A stretch of DNA of 20,000 nucleotides. It comes from Elsinoe ampelina. Taxonomy: Eukaryota. The stretch covers positions 61,392-81,391 of the forward strand of contig ML992525.1 in assembly GCA_010093995.1 (NCBI GenBank), in the 5' to 3' direction. Below, piece by piece: positions 1 through 10,100 of the stretch. How positions within the stretch are numbered: the first letter of the stretch is position 1; every line of letters starts with the position of its first letter. Under the pieces are notes generated by a model. The model was given only the letters and a program-made list of their open reading frames with translations. It had not been told where the DNA came from and searched no databases. The translations under genes and the position numbers were made by a program.

Positions 1-1
1 T

Positions 2-427
2 CTCGATAAATCAAGCTGCAGCAGATATGGTCTTGGATCCAATACTGCCCTGACCGTCACATCATTTGTTGCTGCGCACGTCAGTATCATGGTCGCGACT
101 TTCTCATGCGTCAAGCAATTCCTAGGAGCTTTCGACACTGGGGCATTTGGAACTGGGACCATCGGCAAATTGATGGACACACAAGACAAGTCGTACGAAA
201 TGTCTCAAGTGTCCAACAAGAGCGTGCCGGGGCAAGAGAGGGCGATCAGTCGACAAGATATGCGGCTACGACCAGACAATGTCGGGTATACCGTGACAGA
301 GATCGAAACAAGTGGCCAGATAGAGGCAGTTGATGGCTCCAGCGTTGCCAGTGATGATAGTGAGCAAGGCATCATCCGGAAAACCCAACATTGGGACGTT
401 ACGGATGGACCAGGAAGGGCGACTTGA
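2..427 (+). CDS. 3' end (partial) of a PTH11-like / fungal rhodopsin-domain integral membrane protein
   Basis: Frame is open from position 2 to TGA 425-427. Hydrophobic helix TALTVTSFVAAHVSIMVATFSCVKQFLGAFDTG resembles the last TM of PTH11-like proteins (S-I-x-x-A-T-x-x-C-x-K-x-F-L). It is followed by a polar tail ending SDDSEQGIIRKTQHWDV. The 5' part lies outside the window. Confidence 0.6.
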   Translation, partial: LDKSSCSRYGLGSNTALTVTSFVAAHVSIMVATFSCVKQFLGAFDTGAFGTGTIGKLMDTQDKSYEMSQVSNKSVPGQERAISRQDMRLRPDNVGYTVTEIETSGQIEAVDGSSVASDDSEQGIIRKTQHWDVTDGPGRAT

Positions 428-822
428 AGACTAGCCCTTTTGGATGTATACAAACCTGTTGGCATCCACTTCCAAAATATTGTCTCATCTGAAAGTCGCG
501 ATTGCACGGTGTGAGTTGCACGATTCCGGGCAGTAAGCAAAGTGACTTAATAGAGAGCGGTACAGATATATGCTGGTCGTGCAGCAAAAAGAATTGCTAT
601 GGAGGTGACGCGATGGAATTTTGAGCATGTGTAGCAGCTCCAAGCGTGTCAAGCGAAGGTCGGCGATTCTCAATCAAGACCCAACAAGCCGAGGCAATCA
701 TGAACGCCCAGCCAAAGCCAATCAATCGCTCCGCGCCATGCTGTACAGCGACATCATTGACATTGGTCTTTTCTCCCTCTCCACATCTGTCATAAACTGC
801 AGATGCGTACTATGCGACTGCA

Positions 823-2215
823 ATGGCACCAAGCTCGGTAACGTCCGCTACGACTACACATGATGATCCGTCGCATTACCTTTCTTCCTCGATCTCATCC
901 TTGTCATCACAACGCGCGCAATCCTCATGGCTAGCAAAAACATATCGCCAAGCGGCGCAGCTCTACCTCACACGACGACTCGCAGAAGCACTAGACGCGA
1001 TCGAGCCAGCTGTATTTCCAGACGCGTTTCTACAAGGGCACACCAATGGCAGCTCGGATGAAGACGGTGCGCGAACAACAGCACCTGTTGCTCAGTCGTC
1101 AAGAGGCACAAGGGTGAAGATTTGGAGCTTCTACCTGACTCTCCTCAACGCAATCATCGAACTGGGTCCGGAAGAAGGAAAATTGGCGTTTGGGAGCACG
1201 AAATGGAAGACCATTTCAAGCAAAGCGAGGACTGGCAATATATGGGATGAGGTTATCAGACATGGATATGGCGGATCAGAAGGGCAAGTGGATGGTGAGG
1301 TAGTCGCAAATCTGTTAGTATCCTTTGCAAGAGTAGCTATGCGAAAAGCTGACGCATACAAGCGCGACCTTGCTACTCACACACATGACCGATCAACGAC
1401 TGAATCAGCAACGCCTCGAGACGTACCTGTCCGCTTGCATGAATCCTGCGTTTGATGTGGCTGCGCACCTGGAAGCTTCTCAGAATGGTCGCCCGGTCCC
1501 GCGACGGACAGACAGCACAGGCGCAAGCACTCCGAGGGACCTCAACACCCGACTCAAACTCTTGGAACTGTACACCCTCCACGTGCTCCCTCGGAACGAG
1601 GAATGGGACTACGCTCGTGACTTCATCAGCATGAGTGAGGTGCTGGACGAGGAACGAAGGGATGCGTTCCTTGCCGCGTTGCAATCGCTGAGGGAAGAGA
1701 AAAGTCTCGATGCAATCCGCGAAGCAGAGCTCAAGAAACGGCAGGATGAAGAGCTTCGGAAACGTCGGGACGAGGAGAGTCGGCGAAGGCGAGACGAGGC
1801 AGAGGCAGAAGAAAGGGCAAAACGGGAAGAGAAGCAAAAGCCACCGCCACGAAAAGGACCTCCAGAATCTAATGCAGCTCGAGAGCAATCAAATCAATCC
1901 AGACAGGTTGGATCTTCTCAACGGACTCCAGCTCCACGACCGAATCGACCGGCAAGGAAGAGTCAACCACCTCCAGCGACTATCCTTCAACGCGCTTCGT
2001 TGGTCCTGTCATCGCTGCAGATGTCTTTGGTCAACGCGACTCACTCGATGCAGAAGAATCCGATGGCAGCACTACGATATCTGCTTTTCTTGTTTGCGTT
2101 CTTGGTGGCTGTGGCGAGAAGGGACGTGCGGCAACGGATCAGACGAGCCTTTGATGATGGCTTTTTGAAGCTGAGACAAACGCTTGGTATGGGCGTGAAA
2201 GTCTCCTATATTTGA
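823..2215 (+). CDS. PEX26: Peroxin Pex26 (tail-anchored Pex1/Pex6 receptor); join(823..1313,1363..2215), 447 aa
   Basis: Splicing joins two ORFs into ...EVVANL|ATLLLTHM.... Motifs KTYRQAAQLYLTRRLAEAL, KIWSFYLTLLNAI and LLELYTLHVLPRNEEWDYARDFI, a charged coiled coil, a C-terminal TM (ALRYLLFLFAFLVAVA) with a basic tail, and terminal GVKVSYI match my recollection of filamentous-fungal Pex26. Confidence 0.8.
1314..1362 (+). other. Intron of PEX26 (49 nt)
   Basis: Donor GTTAGT at 1314, branch GCTGAC 1348-1353, acceptor AAG 1360-1362. Removal restores the frame. Confidence 0.85.
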
Positions 2216-2582
2216 CCACGTTGTGAAAGCCATCTTAGTTGTCGCACTATTATACCCTTGGTCAATTGTATTTTTAGCGCATTCCCTTATCTCACTGGCT
2301 TCCTATGCCTGATGTTTGTGAGTGAAACCTACGATCAGGGCGGACCACCCCTTCAACTATAAACGGGGGGGTTGACCTCCGATGCCAACCCGGGGAAGCT
2401 CACCACCGCATCTTGGCCAATGCCCTCGACATCGACAACGACATACAACTTCAAGATCTTCTACACGCTCTTCCTTATCCTTTGTGGTTATGGCAATCAA
2501 TCCCTGAGCATGTTTCACATACCAATGGCCTGTCATTAAACGATAATTTCCTGTGGCTTAGAGGCCACGTTCCTCGATTATC

Positions 2583-3925
2583 ATGGATCCACAAGCTGTA
2601 GCCGAGTTGCAAGAGATTGTTGCGCAAGCAGGCATATTCAAATGGCCACTCTACTTCAGTATCCTAATACCACTATGGGCTATGATCGGAGGAATCGTGC
2701 GTCCCATATCATGCCTCCAACGGGCGAGCGAAGGCTAACAAGAATTGCTCTAGTCTTACCTCACACTCTTAGTTGTCGCACCGATCCCACGACCACCAAA
2801 GAAACCTGAGAAGCAATATGAAGCAATACTACCGGATGGTTCAGTCAGTCCCCCAACACCACTACCGGATTGGCATGAAGACTATAGAACACGGAAACTT
2901 GCGGCGAGGAGAGAGGGCAAATCGACCGCTGCTGTGCACACAACCACTGAGCCAGAGGTGTTCATGTCGCTAGTCGTTCCAGCCTTCAACGAGGAGGAGC
3001 GATTGACAGGCATGCTCGACGAGGCGGTCGAGTATTTAGACAAGGCATATCCCACCGATCTTAGCAAAGGGGTTGACAATGGCACCTTGTCTGAAACACT
3101 CAAAGGCGACAGCATTCGAGGAGGATGGGAAATCTTGGTAGTCTCGGACGGGTCCACAGACAAGACCAAAGATGTGGCGCTAGAATTCGCGCGCAAGCAC
3201 AAACTCTTTGACTCATCTACAACGAACGGGACAACAGCGCCCGTCTCGAAATATTCAAAGTCATCTGCGGCCGCACCAGTCGGGTCACCTGCTGGTACAC
3301 TCCGAGTCATTTCGCTCGAGCAGAACAGAGGCAAAGGCGGCGCCACTGTACATGGAATGCGGCACGCACGGGGAGCTTACGTTTTGTTCGCTGACGCAGA
3401 TGGAGCTTCACGCTTTTCAGATCTCGCAGGTCTTGTCGATGGCTGCGAGAGAGTTAAAGACACCAAGGGCCGTGCCGTTGGTATCGGCAGTCGAGCGCAT
3501 CTCGTTGGTAGCGAAGCGGTGGTGAAGGTATGTGTAAGCATGTCTGCCTATACGTGATCACGAGCTGACCCTACCAGCGTTCATTTCTCCGCAATGCTCT
3601 CATGCACTCTTTCCACGTTCTTTTGCGCATAATGACTCCACCCAAAACAGCTTCGATCAAAGATACCCAGTGCGGCTTCAAGCTCTTTTCGCGGCCTGCT
3701 TTGCCTTACATCGTACCATACATGCATAACGAGGGGTGGATCTTCGACGTCGAGATGCTGATGCTTGCCGAATATGCCAAGATACCAATGGTTGAGGTCT
3801 CGATAGGCTGGCACGAGGTGAAGGGGAGCAAGCTGAATGTGATATGGGATTCTCTGGGTATGGCATGGGGTCTTGCTATACTACGCTTGGCTTGGATGGC
3901 CGGCGTCTACACGAGGGACTTCTAG
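2583..3925 (+). CDS. ALG5: Dolichyl-phosphate beta-glucosyltransferase (GT2); join(2583..2696,2754..3527,3578..3925), 411 aa
   Basis: N-terminal TM (WPLYFSILIPLWAMIGGI|SYLTLLVVAP), then GT2 motifs SLVVPAFNEEERL, EILVVSDGSTD, NRGKGGA, LFADADGAS, IGSRAHL, IKDTQCGFKLF, GWIFDVEML and WHEVKGSKL. Confidence 0.95.
2697..2753 (+). other. Intron 1 of ALG5 (57 nt)
   Basis: Donor GTGCGT, branch GCTAAC, acceptor TAG 2751-2753. Contains an in-frame TAA; phase 0. Confidence 0.85.
3528..3577 (+). other. Intron 2 of ALG5 (50 nt)
   Basis: Donor GTATGT, branch GCTGAC, acceptor CAG. Joins AVVK|RSFLRNALM. Confidence 0.92.
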
Positions 3926-4625
3926 AGCGCTATTGGTTGCTGATAGACACGATCAACTACGGTGATGCCCTGATCGTCTATAGATCCAAGAAAAATAAGA
4001 AAGCACATGTGAATATAAATGCTCAAGCTCAAGTCCATGCTCTTCACTTATCGCCAAAAACTGCAACTTTTGGCGAGCATTCCGATGGTGATTGATCATT
4101 GACGGTCATCACTTCCAAGGTTCGTCCTGCACTTCACATTGCGATCATTCAATCCTGCACAAAACAATTCCACTTCGAATCGCTTGACCACATCGTACAG
4201 TGACCTTCTAAAATAGTAGACAGTCCACGAGGCTTGCTACGACTTTATACACACACAACTTGCCAGCTATCAGACCTTCGAGTGACAGAAAGTTAGACAC
4301 CGCAATTTCCAGAAGAACTCTACACAGGTTCACGACCACCGCTCAGCGAGATCGTTGTACTGCTGCTTGAGAGACACTGGTCGCACCTAAGCTCTCCGCT
4401 TCTGTTCTCCGATGATCACACCAACGCTTGAATAGCACAGATTAACACTCGCCGCTCAGCGGCAGGGAATCTGCTGGCTGGGAGGGGAAGCGGGCTTGGG
4501 AAGATATTGATGCTGCTTCTCACAGAGCTGTATTTGTGAGGCTCGGATCAGGACTTGGACGAGCGACCTAGGCAAGGATCCTGGCACAGGACTTCCATTC
4601 CCTCACAGTCGCCTAGTGAAGAAGC

Positions 4626-6506
4626 ATGGATCCACAAAGTGTCGTCTTTCAACCCCAGGATAATCTTTGGCGCCTGCAGAACGAGCTGCAGAGGATACAG
4701 GCTGTGCAAGCAGAACACTCGGATCGGATACTGAGGATAGAGAGGAAGCACGACGAGGACGCGAGGATGAAGTCGGTCTGGGGAGGTGCTTCACCTTTTC
4801 CCAACGTGCTAAGCGGCGGCACTCCACAGCAGAGTAAGAGCTTCGACAAGATGTGAGGTGAGGGACACTGATGATCTCTAGCTCCGCTCCATCAACCGAC
4901 GACAGATGCCTTCAAAGAGTTCGACGACGAATCTGCGAATCTGATCGGTAGTCTTCACCTCGACCCAGAAGAAGAGCCGAGGAGGATAGGAGCGACTTCG
5001 CGTGCAAACAGTGTGCGGTTCGACGAGTCGGCGAACCAAGGATGGGCTCACACATCACGGTCGTCAATGGACCTCATGCGGTCAGGCGGAGGCCTGCCAA
5101 TGAGCGAACGCACATCATCACACAAGTCCGAAGGCCGGGCCAGCTCTGTTCACTCCATACGCTCCGCGGCATCCGGTCGAGCGAATAGCTTGAACCTGGA
5201 TACTGGCTTTAGCTTCGGGGACTCCAACCGATCACCCGTCGACACTCCTGGTCTCGCCCCTGGTCTCTTCCTGCTCGGGTCTGTGCCGGCCATCATCAGA
5301 TGTTGGATGAACAACAGCTTCCGCCATGATGCCCTCTTATACGCTGCCGTTTGTACCGGGTCTCATAAGTCTTTCCTTGATCGAAGATTGGTGGACAGGC
5401 TGGGCTTCGCAAGTCGCATCAACATCACGACCTCTGGGTTGCAGACGATCGTGCTGCCAATGTACTTTCCCGAGGCCGTTCCTCACCCGACTTCAACCAG
5501 ATCTGGAAGCCCGGCACCTCAATTACCCACTCTCACAGTCACTTTCTCCATCTTGCCAGCTCCTCTGCTCGATAGCAGCGACGATAAAGGCATTCAGATC
5601 ATTCTAGGTAGCGATACCTTGCGAGTCCACAATGCTGACGTCCTCTTCTCTTCAAATAATCTCTCACTCTTTGATGATGACCGGAACAAGATCTCGATAC
5701 CTCTAGTGCGACCCGAGGACGAGCGGACTTTCAATGTCCTCCGGACGACTGCTTCTGAGCCTCAAGCACAAAGTCGACAAGTCAAGCCGGAGAGCAGCAG
5801 TCCCCCAAAGGCTATGATCAATGGTCTGGGGCAGAGCAGTCAGTCATCTGCGGAGAGTGTTCCATCACTGGCTGCTGGGGTTCCCATAGGCACACAAAGA
5901 ACTGCGGCGATAGCACCACCCCCAGGATTTGCGGCTGGACTAGGCGCGAACGACTCTAGCGAAGATGATGAGCCACCTTCGACGGGAAGATCGATACGAT
6001 TCGCCCAACTACCCTCACAATCATCCTCCTCAACCGCGACAGAAACTCCTTCAGTATCCAAGGACGGCGAGACTAATCGGACTACTCCAGCCCGGGCACC
6101 AACATCGCCAGCCATCTGGAGCAATTGGAGACAACGTGGACCGGAATCATCACAGACCAGTGCGATGGATTATGCAAATGCCAGCAAGGCGAAGGAGCCA
6201 GCGCCGAGGAAAGAATCGGGCATCAAGGTCTTGCGACCAATGAAGTCGGCTTCAAGGACATTCTCGGCAACGTCGACTTCGTCAGCCTCGAACGACGGCA
6301 AATCACGATTCTTCGATGACGGTAAACGGAGAGCAACAATGGAGTCGGTACCTGGCGATCAGCAACGTGAGGGTTCATCTTCAGTCGACGGTGGCGACAA
6401 GGGCATACAAGGACAGGGTGGCTCTTCCACTGGTGGTCAGGCACGGGTGAATCCTGCAGGTGGAGCATCTGCCTTCTCATGGTTGAGCAAAGGAGGCTCC
6501 AAGTGA
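4626..6506 (+). CDS. Uncharacterised fungal protein: N-terminal coiled coil + Ddi1/retropepsin-like domain (CTG motif) + disordered tail; join(4626..4833,4882..6506), 610 aa
   Basis: ATG 4626 and a clean intron join the two ORFs in frame (TPQQ|TPLHQP...RANSVRFDESA). Coiled-coil-like LWRLQNELQRIQAVQAEHSDRILRIERK. Central globular region with LYAAVCTGSHKSFLD and IILGSDTLRVH. Confidence refers to the gene model; the fold call is inference. Confidence 0.85.
4834..4881 (+). other. Intron (48 nt)
   Basis: Donor GTAAGA, branch ACTGAT, acceptor TAG 4879-4881. Contains an in-frame TGA. Confidence 0.88.
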
Positions 6507-7144
6507 GGGACCTACTACATCGCACACTGGATAGAGGTTGAGACGACTGTATGACCGGTGCGACATGATGATGAAGGATGAAACAATCCTAGGCATAATA
6601 CCTCGTAAGAACAGCGAGAATAATAATACAAACCATTGTGAAATGTGAATGATTATGACTGAGCAGAAGTGACAATGGCTGAATGTGGAAAGCAGGGGGC
6701 GGATAGAAGGCGCTCAGGAGAGACTGCTTTTTGTCTCTGCCAAAACGCTGCAGCTTCATCCATATATCTATCAATTCATAATTACCATCAGACAAGCGTG
6801 CTCCCGCCAGTTCATCATCGGCCAGTCAATCGCCAGACCAACCTCGCCATCCCACCAGAGATCCCCAAAGTTCGGCCAAAAATTTCAGCCCGCAGGACCC
6901 GCTCGCCGCCCAGCCCTGCACAAGAATCCAGGCACTTGGGAATTACGCACCATTCTTTACGTCAGACGTTCAAGCATCCGTCAAACCCCTCCGGACTACC
7001 TTCTCTCGCAAGCAGCATCCTCTGCTGTCACATCAATCTACCTGCTGTACCGATCGCGTCCTTCCCTCATCCGCGATCCACAGAAGAAACACTACTCATC
7101 CGCATCCTTCCCCGGAGCTGCCCAAACCTAGGGCAGCTCTCGCC

Positions 7145-10100
7145 CTGGCCGCAACAACGGCTTCCCACCCGAAGAAGCGCAAGACCACGCCTTCCACCAC
7201 AGCCACACCCACGGGCGTATCCCTCTTCGCTCCCGAAGTGCTCCATCCAGACCGCCAACCGTCGCCGTCGCTGGGAAGTTCGTCGCCTGCTCAGCTCACG
7301 AACGGCTTAGGGAGTACAAGCGCGCCTTCCTCTCCGCCCCACGCCGAGACCGCAGGACCGGTAGGTGGGCACAGGGGTTTCCTGGACGGCATCGACGCCG
7401 CGGCGGATAGTCCCAGCGAGGCGTATGCTGCGTTGACGCTGGGTGGTTCTGGGACTGGGTTTGGGATTGAGGACATGAGAGAGGAGGGAAGGAGGTCGGC
7501 GAGTCCGGCGAAGAGAAGTGCCGCTGCCATGGAGGGAGAGGAGAGCGAGGTCGAGATGGTGAACACTCAAGGAGAAGATGCGGCGATTGTGGATGAGAGG
7601 ATTAGCAGGGTCAGGGAGATTTCGAATACTTCAATCGAAGAGGGAGAGGAAGGATATGTCTTGGCAGCTGATTGGTTGAAGAGGGTGCAGGCGAGGTCAT
7701 CAGAGGGCAAGGGGAAAGGTGGACAGCAAGAGACGGCAGGACCGATCGGACCAGTCGACAACTCTGCGATTGTCCCCGAAGGAGCTTTCCAAGGCCCACA
7801 TCTGAAGTTCGAGAAGGGTGATGTCACATTCATCCCCATCAAGCCACAGCTGGAGCGAACAGAGGACTACGAAGTGTTGCCAAAGGCCGCTTGGGACCTC
7901 ATCGTGGAATGGTACGGCATTGCGGATCACCAACTACCCATCATCAGATTTGCAAAGAATACTGCACCTCCAGGATCAGCGGTGACGAACATTCAGTACG
8001 AGATCTATCCGCCTGTTTTCACGGTACGGAAGATGCTCAGTGCCGCCGACAAGTCTACCCGTCCACCTTCTCCGCCTGGGACTAATAACCCCAGCCAGGC
8101 AAATACTGTCCAGACAACACCAGAACGGGAAGCGCAGGCCGTGAAGCTTGTCGCTAGTCGTCAGGACAGATACCAGACTTTCCTCGCCCGGTGCAAGCGT
8201 GCTGCAGGCGTGCCACTTGAGCACAAAGTCAGGCCATGGAAGCAGATCAATACGCAACAGGTAGTGGTCAATCCAACGACTGCGAGCCGTCCTGGAATCC
8301 TCACGCCCGCTGCGTCAAGAACGAATTCTCCTGGTGCCGAGGACTCCACACAGTTGATATCTTCATCACCTCCAAGCCTTGTCGTGGATCGTTCTGAGTT
8401 TGACACCTTCGAGGAAGGTACCAGCATCGAGATCGTCGATCTCAAGGACGAGACTGGAAATCCGAAGTACAATGGCGGCGGCAGCATCACTCTCGACGTT
8501 GTTGGGCTTATCGAGGATCTGACGTTGATTCTTGAAGAGCAAGTACGAGGTCCCGCTGGTGGCGAATTCGTCTCGGATACCAAACGCACGAAAAAGAAAA
8601 ATGAAGAAGCTAAAGCAGCGACTGCTCAGGACTCGGATACTTCGACTTCGGGACCGGTCACGCGAGGTCGAGCTCGAAAGAGCGGTAAATCTCGAGGCAC
8701 CGTCGGGCTGCAGAATCTGGGCAACACTTGCTATATGAACTCTGCGTTGCAGTGTATCAGCCGCATCGAAGAGCTGGCCTGGTACTTCTTGAGCAACAAG
8801 TGGAAGCAGGAAATCAATGGCGACAACCCTCTCGGATATCACGGGAACATGGCCCGGGCTTATGCTGACTTTCTATCTGGGCTTCACAAGGAAGGGCAAG
8901 GCACGTTCACACCTAGGCAGTTCAAGAACGCCCTCGCCAATGCCCAGCCGATGTTTTCTGGATATGGACAGCAGGACTCCCAGGAATTCTTGAGCTTTCT
9001 GGTCGATGCGCTGCATGAGGATCTCAATCGCATTCACAAGAAGCCGTACCTCGAGAATCCAGACTCAGATGACAGCAAGGTACACGATCCAAATTACATC
9101 ACTGAACTTGGTGAGAAGTATCGCGAGAATCACCGAGCAAGGAACAATTCGATAGCCATGGATCTCTTCAGTGGTTTCTACAAGAATCGTATGGACTGCC
9201 CAGAGTGCAAGAAAGTCAGCATCACTTTCGATCCTTATTCTCTTCTGACCTTGCAACTCCCGATCGAGACAACATGGCAGCACAAGGTCATTTATATTCC
9301 GAACAAGGGCGAGGCAAGTCTGCGAATGGTCGACGTAGACAAAAGCGCCTCGATCCGCAACTTCAAGCAAAGATTCGCCGACAAGGTTGGAGCGAAAGCA
9401 GAGAATCTTTTCGTGGCAGAATTCTTCTCGAACAGACTCTACAAAGTGTGGAAAGACACCGAGCAGGTCAGCGAGATTGCTGAGAATGACAAAATTGCCG
9501 TCTTCGAACTTGACCATGCACCGACCAACATCAGCAAGACCAAGTCCTCGCAATATAGATCATTTTCGAGCCCGAGAAGCGAGGACATTCCGGATATGGA
9601 CTCACCGCTTGCTGACTACATGGCTGTCACGGTGGTCAACAGGACGAGGAAAAGTACGTTTTGGAATCCGACATACGAGCCATTGATTGTCATGATCTCG
9701 CGCGAGGAAGCCAAGGATTATGATCTGATACTCAAGAAGATCTTGGCCCAGGTTGCCAAGTATACTTCTCGCAATATCTTATCTGAGGATGCAGCTTTGC
9801 CAACACAACAGACAATCTCGCGCAAGAGCTCCGACAGTGGTCTGACCAGCAATACGGAAAGCCCAGAGCCGGTTGACGGTAAGCTCAGCGATCGGTCCGT
9901 GCCTTCAGAGGATGAGTACGTCAATGTCTCCATGAGGGATGGTTCTAGTCCACCTGCCGACGCACCTGACGACACTCAGGAGATCCTGAGACCTGGAACG
10001 GAAATTCCTAATGGGCTTCGCAGTCTCTTCCAGGTCGGATACTTCGCTTCAGTCAATGGCGACATGAATTGTACTGGTAACAATGGTACCATTGTGGCTG

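Noticed and set aside
2358..2363. TATAAA ~220 nt upstream of the ALG5 ATG
   Set aside because: A single hexamer with no TSS information, which could equally belong to the PEX26 3' region.
5280..5720. Retrotransposon remnant (gag-pol protease)
   Set aside because: No RT, RNase H, integrase, zinc knuckle or LTRs nearby. The domain sits in an intact intron-containing cellular gene.
6669..7310. 213-aa and 148-aa plus-strand ORFs upstream of UBP12 (ATG 6675 in good context)
   Set aside because: All three + frames are open over 6782-7128, which fits the C-rich, T-poor composition, and the translations are low-complexity. ATG 6675 probably lies in the 3' UTR of the upstream gene. Revisit as an overlapping uORF only if the UBP12 TSS maps upstream of 6675.
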